The notes: generated by a model not told the origin, from the sequence alone. Numbered from the stretch's first letter, positions 12,382 to 25,989 are shown. The stretch: 64,000 bases of DNA from Okamejei kenojei (GCA_035221665.1 CM069141.1:29264001-29328000), one strand, 5' to 3'. A program made the numbers and translations.

Positions 12382-13121
12382 ATTATCTAAATGGTGGCCG
12401 ATTAGGAAAAGGGGAGATGCAGCGAGACCTGGTTGTCATGGTACACCAGTCATTGAAAGTAGGCACGCAGTTGCAGCAGGCAGTGAAGAAAGCGAATGGT
12501 ATGTTAGCTTTCGTAGCAAAAGGATTTGAGTATAGGAGCTGGGAGGTTCTACTTCAGTTGTATAGGGTCTTGGTGAGACCACACCTGGAGTATTGCGTAC
12601 AGTTCTGGTCTCCAAATCTGAGGAAGGACATTATTGCCATAGAGGGAGTGCAGAGAAGGTTTACCAGACTGATTCCTGGGATGTCAGGACTGTCTTATGA
12701 AGAAAGACTGGATAGACTCGGTTTATACTCTCTAGAATATAGGAGATTGAGAGGGGATCTTATAGAAACTTACAAAATTCTTAAGGGGTTGGACAGGCTA
12801 GATGCAGGAAGATTGTTCCCGATGTTGGGGAAGTCCAGGACAAGGGGTCACAGCTTAAGACCGAGATGAGAAAGACTTTTTTCACACAGAGAGTGGTGAG
12901 TCTCTGGAACTCTCTGCCACAGAGGGTAGTTGAGGCCAGTTCATTGGCTATATTTAAGAGGGAGTTAGATGTGGCCCTTGTGGCTAAGGGGATCAGGGGG
13001 TATGGAGAGAAGGCAGGTACGGGATACTGAGTTGGATGATCAGCCATGATCATATTGAATGGCGGTGCAGGCTCGAAGGGCCGAATGGCCTACTCCTGCA
13101 CCTAATTTCTATGTTTCTATG
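12382..13121 (+). mobile_element. HER1/CR1 LINE, 5'-truncated
   Basis: LYRVLVRPHLEYCVQFWSP, RRLRGDLIETYK, RTRGHS; ends in a (ctatgttt)n tail. Confidence 0.92.
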
Positions 13122-13608
13122 AATTAAAGTCACTATCTCAAAAAATCACTGTGCCATTTCCCATTAAGCAGCATGCTGCTTAAAGAGATAACCACCGCTA
13201 CACTGAATAAATTAAATACTATATGGGAACGTTACAAAATGAGCAACTCAGGATAAGATTTATGTACCATTTGTGATGACAATCATGCCCAACTTATGAC
13301 ATTGTCATTCACGAGTTATCTAATCAGTCCACCCACAATGAAACAGCATCAACAGCTTTTTATCCCACAACCTCTGTGTCACTCTCTGTAGGTCAAAGAT
13401 ATTAAATCATTCCAGACAAGCAGTTAGAAGAAAGAAGATTCACATAAATTATGTTAACAGCACCAGAACCATTCATTACAAACTGGAGAGCTACTCGATC
13501 TTCTCTACAACTTTTATCCTTGTACCAAACTGTATATCCATAAATAATTATAATTATATATGATAAATAATATCCATAAATAATCAGTTATTCCAATGGG
13601 TAGATTTA

Positions 13609-13912
13609 GAGTGGCAAGGTGGCAATGCAGTTGAGTTGCTGCCTTACACCGACAGACATCTAGGTTTGATCCTAACTACGGGTGCTGTCTGCATGGAGTT
13701 TTGCGTTCTCCCTATGACCGCGTGGGTTTTCTCTGGGTGCTCCAGTTTCCTCTCATGGTTTCCTCCAAAGATACATAGGTTTGTAGGTTACTTGACTTTG
13801 GTAAAATTGTAAATTTTCCCTCGTGTGGAATAGTTTTAGTGTACAAAGTAATTGCTGATCGGATTGGACTTGGTGGGCCAAAGGGCCTGTTTCCAGGCTG
13901 TAAAGTCTAAAC
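13609..13912 (+). mobile_element. HE1-like V-SINE
   Basis: Decayed tRNA-like head (ggtttgatcc B-box), V-domain (ttctccctatgaccgcgtgggttttctctgggtgctccagtttcct), tail gggccaaagggcctgtttcc. Confidence 0.8.
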
Positions 13913-14849
13913 TTTAAAGGCGATGTTGCACTGGCAACTGTTTGATTTTTCAGATGTCAAGTGGGCTGAAAAGTGTCAATTCTTCACCATGTGGAATTAA
14001 TGAAAGTCTTCCAGACTGTTAAGGCCCAATGTACTTAGTGGAACAATACACCGGGTAGTACTAGTTCGTGAAAACCTCAATCTATCAATCACCATCTTGC
14101 CCTACTTTCAATGTCTTCATTCCAAACTATTACTTCTGAGTCCATTCCTCTTAGCAACAGCTTGTGTCACAGACTGACAATGCTAACAAAAGGTGGCATG
14201 TCAAATTCTTTTAGCTTGTGGCTTCCCAATTTTGCAAGGAATTAATTCAAAAGCAAATTGCGTGCTTCCACTTATTATTTCAATAATTACCTTATTACTT
14301 CAATATCGTGACTCATTTCTTGCACCTTTGTTTTGCTGCAGAAACTAATCTAAGTCCATTTATCCTCTCTTTATAGCTCATTGATCCAGATCCTCAAGGA
14401 AATTGTTCCTATTCAAAAGCAAACACGTTATTGAAACATAATAGGATTTTTACGGTTTAAAATAGCTTAAAATTAAAAAGCCAATATCATCAAGAACTTG
14501 CTTTTTTACAATATCTTCCGACCCTTTGTGAATTAATTTTGAGCTTGCTACTTTATCCCTTTCCAAAAAATATAAAATGAAAGACAAAAGAAAGGTCATT
14601 CAGGTCTTCAAGGGTTACACTAACTTAAACGTTCATGGCAAAGTGAAATATTTGATTTAGTATCCGTTTCTGTAACGTTATTTCCCCCTAGTGTTCACTA
14701 AGGGTATTAAACAAAAGCTTTACTAGAAATCCATCTTTATATGCAGGATGATGTGAATCTGAGAACACCATCAAGAATACGTCACTGAAGTGATATACAT
14801 AATAACAATTATATTTCTGTGCTTTAAACAAGCAATACTCAAGCTCTAA

Positions 14850-15610
14850 ATAAAAAGTGTTGGAGGAACTTAGCAGATCAAGCAACACCTGTGAGGGTAC
14901 ACAAAAAGTTTTAAAGAAGGAACTGCAGATGCTGGAGAATCGAGGGTACACAAAAAGCTGGAGAAACTCAGCGGGTGCAGCAGCATCTAAGGAGCGAAGG
15001 AGATAGGTGACGTTTCGGGTCGAGACCCTGCTTCAGAATGGACTGTGACAGACTGATTTTATTGGGGGGGGGGGGGCGGGTGGAGAGGAAAAAAGATCAA
15101 TGTGCTGTTAGGAAGATTGTACCTCCTGAGCCAGAACAAGACACTAAAAACATGGTGTTGGAAGGAACTGCAGATGCTGGTTTACACCGAAAATAGACAC
15201 AAAAAGCTGGAGTAACTCAGCGGGTCAGGCAGCATCTCTGGGGAAAAGGAATAGGTGATGTTTTGGATCGAGTCCTTTCTTCAGACTGAGAGTCAGGGGA
15301 AAGAGATATTGCAGGTAAATAAAACAAATGAATGAAAGATATGTTAAAAATAAATGTAATCGAGGAAAGTTGGAGCCCACAATGGTCAATTGTTGGCTGT
15401 GGAGTAGGTAATAACGAGTTATACAGACAGTGAGACTCAACAGGATGACAGTGAAACTAATACGATGACTAGGGTGGGGGAAGGAAGGAGAGAGAGGGGA
15501 TGCAAGGATCAATATTCCCTGTCCTGCTGAGTTACTCCAAATGTTTGTGTCTATCAATATTCATATCACTGGGTTTCAAGCTGCCCAAGTGAAATATCAG
15601 GTACTGTTTC
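14850..15610 (-). mobile_element. Tandem Penelope pLTR/MER6-like fragments
   Basis: Repeated gaaggaactgcagatgctgg…aactcagcgggt units; decayed hammerhead cores at 15009-15036 and ~15257-15284 (- strand); GIY-YIG 3' remnant at ~15555-15610. Confidence 0.7.
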
Positions 15611-16082
15611 CAAAAAAACATGGAGTTGCTTGGAAGAACTACAGTCCTGAAAATATAATAGAACACCTATATGTGGCTGTGAGGGGAGAAAACATGTTGA
15701 AATCCATACAAAACCAAATAAAATTATATTATACATTATGCTTCCAACAGTGCCAAGGATTACTGGAAATTGCTCATCAAGGCCTGAAGCTTAAAATAAA
15801 TCAACAGATGAATGGGTCAGCAGGCACATTGTATTCAGATGCTGCTCTATATGGAGCCACATGTTAGCAACAGAATGGAAATATTATTACACTCAAAATA
15901 TGTAAACATTTTTACAGCACACACAATGAAATACCAATCAATCTAATCATGTTTAAGACTATTTTTATGTGATGTGTTGTTCTCCTGTTATTCTTTACCT
16001 GCACTATTTTCTCTCAAGACCCAGCCTAGTCACCCTCATGTTTTTTTAAAAGAGACTTTACTCTTTTAAAATATATAGATCA

Positions 16083-16180
16083 AGTCTGAAGAAGTGTCCC
16101 GACCCGAAACGTCACCCACTCCTCTTATCCAGAGATGCTGCCTGTCCTGCTGAGTTACTCCATCATTTTGTGTCTATCTC
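16083..16180 (+). mobile_element. Penelope pLTR/MER6-like half element with hammerhead core
   Basis: CTGAAGAAGTGTCCCGACCCGAAACGTC at 16086-16113. Confidence 0.7.
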
Positions 16181-16195
16181 CAGCTAAGGCTTCTT

Positions 16196-18487
16196 AGAAA
16201 CATAGAAAAATAGAAAATAGCTACAGGAGGAGTCCATTCGGCCCTTCGAGCCAGCACCGCCTTTCATGGCGATCATGGCTGATCGCCCCAATCAATGGCC
16301 TGCCTTCTCCCCATATCCCTTGATTCCACTAGCCCCTAGAGCTCTATATAACTCTCTCTTAAATCCATCCAGTGATTTTGCCTCCACTGCCCTCTGTGGC
16401 AGGGAATTCCACAAATTCACAATTCTCTGGGTGAAAACGTTTTTTTTCATCGCAGTCTTAAATGGCCTCCCCTTTATTCTAAGACTGTGGCCCTTGGTTC
16501 TGGACGCCCAACATTGGGAACATTTTTCCTGCATCAAGCTTGTCCAGTTCTTTTATAATTTTATATGTTTCTATAAGACTCCCCTCATCCTTCTAAACTC
16601 CAGTGAATACAAGCGTAGTCTTTTCAATCTTTCCTCATATGACAGTCCAGCCATCCCAGGGAGCAATCTCGTGAACCTACACTGTACTGCCTCAATCACA
16701 AGGATGTCCTTTCTCAAATTAGGTGACAAAACTGTACGCAATACTCCAGATGTGGTCTTACCAGAGCCCTATACAACTGCAGAAAAACCTCTCTACTCCT
16801 ATACTGAAATCCTCTTGTTATGAAGACCAACATTCCGTTAGCTTTCTTCACTTCCTGCTGTACCTGCACGCCAACTTTCAATGACCGGTTAACCAATGTA
16901 CAAGGACACCCAGGTCTCGCTGTACCTCCTCCTTACCTAACCTAACCCCATTGAGATGATAATCTGCCCCCTTGTTTTTGCCGCCAAAGTGGATAACCTC
17001 ACATTTATCTATATTATACTGCATCTGCCACGCATCTGCCCACTCACTCAACCTGGCCAGGTCATGCTGCAAACTCCAAACATCCTCTTCACAGGTCACC
17101 CTGCAAACTCCAAACATCCTCTTCACTGTTCACACTGCCACCCAGCTTTGTGTCATCCGCAAACTTGTTAGCGTTGCTCCTAATTCCCTCTTCCAAATCA
17201 TTAATACATATGGTAAACAGTTGCGGCCCCGAAACCGAGCCTTGCAGCACTCCACTGGCCACTGCCTTCCATTCTGAAAAGGACCCGTTCACTCCTAGTC
17301 TTTGCTTCTTGTCTGCCAACCAATTTTCTATCCACGTCAACACCCTACCCCCAATACCATGTGCTCTAATTTTAGTCACCAGTCATCCATGCGCGACCTT
17401 ATCAAAGGCTTTCTGAAAGTCTAGATACACTACATCCACTGGCACCCCTTCATCCATTTTACTTGTCACAGCCTTAAAAAATTGCAGAAGATTAGTCAAG
17501 CATGATTTCCCTTTCATAAATCCATGTTGACTTGGACTAATCCTTTTACTGCTATCCAAATGCTCCATTATTACCTCTTTAATAATTGACTCCAGCATCT
17601 TTCCCACAAGCGAAGTCAGGCTATCAGGTCTGTAAATCCCCATTTTCTCTCGCTCTTTTCTTGAAAAGTGGGATAACATTAGCTATCCTCCAATCCACAG
17701 GAACTGATCCTGAATCTATTGAACATTGGAAAATGTTCACCAATGCGTCCCCTATTTCTAGAGCCACCTCCCTGAGGACCCTGTGATGCAGACCATCAGG
17801 CCCCGGGGATTTATCATCCTTCAGTCCCATTAGCCTACCCAATACTATTTCTCTCGCCTAATGAAAATTTCTTTCAGTTCCTCGACCCTCTTAGATCCTC
17901 TGTCTTCCATTACTTCTGGGAGAATGTGTCTTCCTTAGTGAAGACAGATCCAAAGTACCTGTACAACTCTTCTGCCATTTCCTTGTTGCCCATAATAATT
18001 TCACCCGTGTCTGCCTTCAAGGGACCCACATTTGACTTTGCTACTCTTTTTCCCTTAACATATCTAAAGAAGCTTTTACTGTACTTCTTTATATTCCTGG
18101 CCAGCTTCCCTTCGTACTTCATCTTTTCAGCCCGTATTGCCCTTTTTGTTTCCTTCTGTTGTCCTATGAAAGTTTCCCAATCCTCTGGCTTCCATCTACT
18201 CTTTGCTGTGTTATACATCTTTTCCTTTAGTTTAATTCTATCCCTAATTTCTCTTGTCATCACGGTTGCCTCCTACTCCCCTTAGAATCTTTCTTCCTTT
18301 TTGGATTGAAATGATCCTGTGTCTTCCGGATTATGCCCAGAAATTCCTGCCATTGCTGTTCCACTGTCATTCCTGCTAGTATCCCTTTCCAGTCTACCTT
18401 GGCCAGCTCCTCTCTCATGCCTTCATAGTCCCCTTTGTTCAACTGCATCACTGCCACTTCCGATTTAACCTTCTCCTTCTCAAATTC
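16196..18487 (-). mobile_element. HER1/CR1 LINE, 2.3 kb, 5'-truncated
   Basis: RT motifs KSPGPDG, QHGFMKGKSCLTNLL, YLDFQKAFDKV, FADDTKL; same subfamily as 55895-58937; internal ~34-bp tandem duplication at 17067-17127. Confidence 0.93.
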
Positions 18488-19669
18488 TTGTTTTCATACA
18501 TGAAGGATTGTCCTCTGGTCTTTCATCATTTTATGGATGTTATCACCATCCAATTCAAAGCTCATCATTTGCTAATGATTATTTGCACTGTGAGCTTTGT
18601 TTTCAAGATTTATTGAAAATGTTGACATTAGCACAAAGATTAAGCAGTTTAACAGTAAAGAAGCATTCACTGTCATTCTTATAGCTTTGTCAAGGTTAGC
18701 TATTCTTTCTATTCCTTACTGCTGAGAAAATATGGTACAACTGTTAATACCCGCAGTTTACTGTGATTTTGTTAACTGCGGGGAAAGGGGGTTGAGAGGG
18801 GGGGGGGGGTCTTTTCTTTATCTCCTTGGAAAAGGAAACAGCCAAGATATGAGAGGGATTGTCAGAATAGGAGAGAAAGCACCTAGATATTTGGAAGGAT
18901 GTGTGAATTGCTGGTTATTCACGTTGTCACAATGTGACACAGCTAAATAGTGATGTCATTACACGGCTTCTAATAGTGTGTGACCTCATAATGTCCACTT
19001 GTCCACAAGGCAGAACTTGATTGGCTGAGGGGAGGTCTACATAAAGCCACTGCATGGGTCACTATTTTTAGAGAGGACATTTAAAATTGAAGTTGTTTCG
19101 TGAATAGCTATTCTCCTGCAAGGTTACCACAGTAAACCCAATGTGATTTAATTTTGCACAAGCTTGTGCAATAAATATCATTTGATCTTATGACATCATA
19201 AGTATCACATTATGATACAATTAAATAGTTTGTAGGTCACTTAGGTCTCAAGTTCATTGCTACTGATCATGAGAATCAATGACACACTGTCTCCACGCGA
19301 TATTTAACACAAATTCGGTGAGTTATCTCATTTCTAATATTCTTACTGTGCATTACTTATGTGTTTACAGTTACATGACATCAGAATAAAATGTTATTGT
19401 GACAGAGAAATGCTGATATTTTCTGTGGGAGCAATGCTTATGCCAAATTCCTAAATAATATAGGTCAAATGCAGTTCAGAGCATCCACTATTCTTTGCCA
19501 TCAGTGGATCTTAATGTCAATAAAAAATTGAATTGCTGATAACCTTCCACAAATATTAATCATCCCTTTAATATCTACACTCAAAATGTATATGCCTGGA
19601 ATCCAAATCCTTTTATTATCCACATAGGCTTTCAGTTTTATTGGGATTACATAGGTACATAAAAACCTA

Positions 19670-19950
19670 GCACAGGATTAGGCCCTTCGGCCCATTATGT
19701 CTGCACCAACCATGATGCCAAATTAAACTAATTCCTTCTGTCTACACATGGTCTGTATCCCGCTTTTCCCTACCTGTTCATATGTCTGTCTGAATGCCCT
19801 TTAAACATTGCTACTGTATCAGCTTCCATTACCACCCATCCCAGCGCATTCCAGGAGCCTATTGTCTTCGGTGTAAAAAAGATTTGACTTGCAAATCTCA
19901 ATTAACCTTACCCACTCTCACATTTCACATTTCCAGCATTTTAGATTGTC
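19670..19950 (-). mobile_element. Old CR1 3' fragment
   Basis: ggcccttcggccca tail and degenerate CR1 3' sequence. Confidence 0.55.
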
Positions 19951-21039
19951 TTCCTTGTGTAAAACAAATCCCTATTACGTTTCCCATAACTTTATCAGAT
20001 ATTTATATATTTCTATCGGCAATATGTCTAAGGTCAGACAGGTTTTCACATTAGATCCATCATCTTATACCTACTGTTTTAGGATGGCTATGTTTTTGTT
20101 AGCATAGCAAAATATTATAGGAAGTCTATTTTCAAGGGACTTTCCAACGGTATTCAGCAGGACAGACAATGTATTCGAATGAGAGAAACATTCCTCTTGT
20201 TTTCTCCACCTCTCCCTCCCTCTGCAACTTAAAACATTCTTGTTTTGCACTTTTCCAGTTCCAATAAAGAAACATTAACATTCTGTAAGTGATGGCCAAT
20301 GGCAAACTCTTCAATTGAGATGTCTACATTTAGATATAACGGTGGCATTTAAAACAATTTGTTTATATTCATAACATAGATATTAAGTTATTTATCTTAA
20401 ACAATTGTTAACATTAGAACTGAAATGTCACCAAATTTAAATGAAAGAATTAGCTATTTATTATCATCAAATTTTTGAAACTACTATCACAATGTAATAA
20501 TCTAAAATAGTAAGATTAAATGAGAACTTACCAAGTTTGAAGTTTGATCTGTATTTTACGAGGAGTCGCGGTGAGGGATTTCGTGAAGACCCCGCCAGCA
20601 CGCATGCGCGGCATCCTTCAAAGCAGCGGTGTGGAATCACAGAACCAACCATGACTGAAAATAGTAAGATGAAAACGTAGAACTACCTGTTTGACCTGAT
20701 GATAGAGGGTGGGAGCGGTGGGCACGAAATCCCTCACCGCGACTCCTCGTAAAATACAGATCAAACTTCAAACTTGGTAAGTTCTCGTTTAATCTTACTT
20801 TTTACTTCGGAGTCACGTGAGTGACTTCGTGAAGATTTCAAAGCTCTGTGATTTCACGCCCTGAACAACGTCCATGCTTATCACACTGCCGCCATTCTGA
20901 TGGAGTAAGACTGTTAATGGAGTTCAGTTGACAGTGGCTGAAAAATCAACACAATTTATTAATCAACTAAACAACAACCCCTAATTCGGGGCCAGACATT
21001 TACTGAGCGGTACCCAGGATAGCTTCTGCGAATGTCGCA

Positions 21040-21990
21040 GGAAACGGCCAGAGACTTGTTATAGAACCGTTTGAAAGGTTTTTCCCCCACTGGCCCAGCC
21101 CGCAGTGGCGAAAATGTGGTCCATGGGCACCTCCATGGCTCTCGCTGCAGCCCTGGTGGAATAAGACTTAAAAATGTTAGTAGCAACTCCTGCTGCACCC
21201 AGCACCACCCTGAGCCACCTGGCGATCGTCTGTGTAGTCACCGATGATGCGGAGGTTTTATGACTGATGAGGAGACCCTGTTCCTTCATCCTGATAACTC
21301 CAGTAAACTCGGATGTAGTGGTGGAGATGGGTGACTATGCAGAGTGTGGCATCTACAGGGTACGCCCGAAATTCCAGCTGCAGCCCATGCACCCCTGGCC
21401 TGTGCTGTTTTAAATAACTCTTTACCAAAGAATTTTTATTTGACCAGGGTTGGCCACCATGCTGTCCAGTCGCAGTTTTTGTAACATCTGGACTCGTTGG
21501 GCTGTCGTCAGTGCCATGAGCATCACCACCTTAAGGGTGAGCTGTTTCAAATGGTAGCTCATCTATTGGAGCCCAGCTCCTCAGTAGGGTCAGCATGATC
21601 CCCACATCCCACGTTACAGTATATCTGGGTCGTGGAGGGATTGGTATTGAATACTCCCCTCATTAGTTTAGACACCAGGTGGTGGGAGCTGATACCTATA
21701 TCCAGGTATGAATACAGCGTACTCCTGTCGCTGTTGATGGCACTGTAGCTGAGGCCAGCATCAAAATGGGGCCTGCTAGAAACTCCAACAGATCCAGTAT
21801 TGTTGCGGAGTTGGAGGACTTGTTGTTCCGGGCACAGAAACCTCCCACTTTCTGATTTGAGTGAGGTATTGTTTGCGGGTTGATTCCCGACACGATGCTG
21901 CAATAAGGTTCATGGCTCTTGACGAGATGCCTGCCCGGTTGAGCGGTCTTTTCAGAACCTGCAAGCCAACAAGTTTAATGACCAAGGCAA
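21040..21990 (-). pseudogene. DIRS1 tyrosine recombinase
   Basis: LIAASCRESTRKQY; LTLKVVMLMALTTAQRVQ (catalytic R); FKSYSTRAAA (H-x-x-R box, decayed); AGW…FKRFYNK (catalytic Y). Frameshifted. Confidence 0.85.
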
Positions 21991-22340
21991 GGATGACTGA
22001 CCCCCCCCTGTAATGGAGTGAGTAATCAATTTGGGATGTTTCCCAATCGCCATCCATGGTTGTTGTACATTTCTACAACCATCGGGTACCATGGTTGTGT
22101 AGGCCAGGTCGGGAATGATCAATATGTCAGTTGCAGAGTCTAGTTTAATTTTCTGCAATACCCGACTGGCGAGACAGCATGGGGGAAATGCGTAGCAACC
22201 CCATTTCCCCCAATGGATAAAAATGCATCCCATGCTATTACCCCAGGGTCTGGTTCCCACAACACATACGTTGGTATTCGATGGTTCAGCCTGGACGCAA
22301 ATAGGTCAACATCTGGTGTCCCCAATTTGAGCTATAATAT
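21990..22340 (-). pseudogene. DIRS1 DNA N6-adenine methyltransferase-like domain
   Basis: PDVDLFASRLNHRIPTYV…DAF…W…YAFPP…RVLQKI. Confidence 0.8.
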
Positions 22341-23720
22341 CTCCAAAATTTGGGGGTTCAACATCCACTCAATGTTGTCATTGAAGACACGTGACCTGGT
22401 GTCCGCCACTGAATTAAGCTTACCAGGCAAATAGGTCGCAGTAATCCAAATATTTCTTTCAATGCACCAGTGCCAAATTGTATTAGCCAATTCATTGCAA
22501 ACTAGCGACCTGATACTACCCATATGATTGATGTAAACCATTATTGTAGCATTATCTATTCGAAAGCGGACATGTAATTCTATGAATTAGTACAGTAAGC
22601 CCGCAGTCCATGAAATGCCCCCCCAGCATTTCTATATAGTTTATCCCATGTGACTCCAGGAATGTAGACTCATGAGAGTTCCATCTGCCACCACAACTGG
22701 ACATCGTACCAGTTGCTCCCCAGCCTGGTGCACTTGCGTCAGTTAGTAGCACAACATCAGGGTTGCTCCCTATAATAGGTCAATGACACTCTTTAATATT
22801 ATCTACCCACCATTATAGCTCGTTTCTAGCTTCCAGTGGTAACCGAAGTGGCCGATCAAACAGCCAGCATTTGTTTTTTAATGCTGTGATTTGTGACCTT
22901 TGTGAATTTCGGTAGTGTAGCGGTCCGAATCGTGCAGCTGGGAATGTAGTTACCAATTTAGAGTTACCAATACCAATAACTTTTTGCTGTTCGCCACATG
23001 GTCGATACCCTGGCGCAAGCAAGATTGTGGCACTCTTCTGATATAGCAGTAGCTTTATTAGTGGGGATGATAAACTTCATTAAATTAGTGTCTAAGGTGA
23101 ACACCAAATCCATAACCTGTACCGGGTGCAGTTTTTGACTTGTCTGGATGGATTACAACCCCAGCTTCTCAAGCAGAGCCTTGGTTGCAGCCACTCCTTG
23201 AATTGCCAATTGGAGGGTCTGCCCCACTATAAGGATTTCATCCAATATGCCATCACTATAATCTTGTTGTCGGAGAAGAGCCAATACAGGTAAATACCAA
23301 CTTGGTAAACAGCCTAAGCTGTGATGGTTCCATTAGGCAATGCACCCTTCCAGACAACTTCAGAATTCCCTGTGAGCCTCAGCGATGGGCACCGTATAGC
23401 ATGCTTCTTTCAAATTGATACATGCCATAAAGTACCCTGAGTAAAAGCTTCCACCTAGCTGTTCCAAAAAGTATCCATTTTGACATGGGTATATTGTACA
23501 AAAAGTGTTCAACTCAGCTAAATCGATTATAATGCGACATTCCTCTTCTTTTTTACTGCTGGTGAACATATTAGGCTCAACTCAATAGGTCCATGCTTGG
23601 TTATGCCAATTACCACTTTTCCCTGCTCGCCATATAATTTCAGCATGCCCTGCCTCCACCTCTTCTTGGGATAGAGTAAATTCCTACGAGGCGAATGCTG
23701 AGTATGGGAATCTATACCTC
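22340..23720 (-). pseudogene. DIRS1 reverse transcriptase / RNase H
   Basis: CRIIIDLAELN, INLKEACYTVPI, decayed YLDD near 23235-23255, LTDASAPGWG, INYIEML, YLPGKLNSVADTRSR. Confidence 0.85.
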
Positions 23721-23899
23721 CCATGAATTATATACCCTTGAACACTTTGTAAAATAAACTCATCTGTGGTGACAGTTTTCCTCATATGTCCAAGGCCGCC
23801 CGCAATCGCCCACCTATTCGTACAGGAGGGATACTACGGCGTGAGAGGAGCCAGACCCCCTTACCTCCATAGTGAACGCGGTTCCATACATACGGTGCT

Positions 23900-25430
23900 T
23901 CGGGTGGACGTTATGGAGGTTGACGGCCCGGCGGCCGCATTTCCCATGCAGGCCGCTGTTGGCCTTGCCCTAAATGGTCGTTGTATTTATTGAGATGGAG
24001 GTAGGTAGAATCTTTGTGCCCTATCCGGCAGCCTTGATTCACAGGTTGTATTAGGCTGTTGCCGGTGATATGGGTGAACTCTGACCGATGGAGTTTCATG
24101 AGGCCCACTGTTTTGGCCTCCTTTGTCCAGTCCCTTCACCTGTTTGTACAGGTCTCCAAGCAACTGATGCGACGGTGGAGCGGTAATGGTCGGCACAACC
24201 CCGCGAATTTGGGGTTTAGTGTGGGCTATATGGAGCTCTTACGCAGGCAATATATCTCATACTGGGCGTTGCATAGGAGTGCTATTTACTGGACACATTA
24301 TCCCCGATCAGGGTTTTGCAAACGCCGTTATGCCCGTGGAGAACCTTTCTCCAAGGTATTATTGAGAATCTGACTCCAGAGTTGGTGCATACGTAGGCAA
24401 TCAATGGTGCCCACCAATTCGTGGTGCAGGGTTCACCTGTCTGGGTAGAAACGGCAAACTTCACTCACCACATCCAGCATCCTCCTCATGCTCTGGTTCA
24501 GCGGTCACTGGCTGTCCCTGGTCGTCGTCAAACTCAGCAGCTGGGCAATCATTAATGCTTCTGGCTGGAGACGATGAGGAGCTGAGCGGAGTCCTTGCAC
24601 GGCTAGTGGATGCCCCCCGAGTCCCGTTCTTCTCGTTCTCGGTCCCGCTGGAGATGTTGCACCATTTAAGAGCTCCAACCGCTCAATGTGACCGTCCCTG
24701 CGAGATGCAGCGGACAAGCCGACTTCCCCAGGCCCTGCAAAAATTCACTGGGGCTTCCACCATCGGACCTCACCCCCTTAGGGTCTATGGTCCAATGGCA
24801 GGTCGTCGTGACCTACAGCCCAAGTAGGGGTCATACGACTCCCGCACGGACTCTCCGCTAGTCTGTCTTCTCCCAGACTGTGGCGGCCCACCTGGCAGAT
24901 AAGAAGGCAGGTGAGTTGACTCGGCGCCGGCCCCCGGAACCTGGCTCCCCGGAGTCCGTGCAGGCTTACCTCCACACTTACACCATTACTTGGCGTGGAG
25001 GCGCATGGTCGGCCGCTCGCAGCGCTGAGCTGACCGACCGCTTCCTGCTGCCACCTCCGCCCTTGACCGCAGCCTGACGGGGTGTGTTGTCGGCGGTATC
25101 TGCTCCAGCAGGCCTACACGACGCAGCAGTGTTATGCCCGGGCTGCACGATGGCAGATATCCCTGGCTGCGGTACATTAAGCACTTTGCAGGACTCCCCT
25201 GTCGTGCGGCTGTCCCCCGGCCCAGCCCCCTCGGGTCTACTGGAGCTCGGGGAGAGGTTGCCTGTAAAGAAAACAAGACCCCTTGCCACGTACCTGTATT
25301 CCCCCTTATTCTCTTGGGGGACGGGGGGCTCGGAGTCTGGACCCGTTGCTTGCAGCTCCGTAGCGGTAACCCATTCGGGTGAGTCGGCCCCTGTATTAGC
25401 GGGAGCGCCCGACTCTGCATTCCTGCCCCC
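23900..25430 (-). pseudogene. Probable DIRS1 gag-like ORF1, degenerate
   Basis: Position upstream of RT and GC-rich fragmented ORFs; no diagnostic motif recognised. Confidence 0.45.
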
Positions 25431-25989
25431 ACCGTTGCGTTAAAGCTGCCGGCGTTCCTTGCAGCTCCGGGGACAAGGGCCGTCGGCTGGCCGCAGCTCA
25501 GCTCCGCTCCTCGACAGCGTCGTCCTGCAGCCCTTGTCCAAGCTGTAAAGGAAGGTAATACTTACCTGCCGGTCTTGTGAAGGAGCCGGTGGGGAGAGCG
25601 CACTCCCCCCCCCCCCAGCTGCCGCTGCAGATGCGCGCGACGATATGCCGCGCACGCGTGCTGGCGGGGTCTTCACGAAGTCACTCACGTGACTCCGAAG
25701 TAAAATAGTATTTAGAACCTCCTGCCAAAGCTTTGACAAACAATGGAGAAAAGTTCAAGAGATTGTGTTTAAAAACTATTTTACTTATTTACATTATTTT
25801 ACAGAAGTCGGGGTTGGGAATTAGGAGATATCCTAAAAAAACACCTTCCTACGATGCAATTGTTGCTGTGAATGATCTAACTCTCTTAAGCTTGTGAGAG
25901 TATATGTGCAATACCTAATGGTGGTTTATCTGTTTATGTAACCCACATCGAGGGTACTGTAGGCCAGTGAACCTCATGACAATGGTACG

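Larger units (their letters stand above)
20503..25710 (-). mobile_element. DIRS1-type tyrosine-recombinase retrotransposon, full length, ORFs decayed
   Basis: ITR 20580-20614 vs 25645-25679. The ICR (20723-20835) is complementary to both termini (20509-20585 and 25670-25705). RT/RNaseH, methyltransferase and YR remnants are in DIRS1 order. Confidence 0.93.

Noticed and set aside
13609-13690. tRNA gene
   Set aside because: Decayed tRNA-derived SINE head continuous with a V-domain; no cloverleaf.
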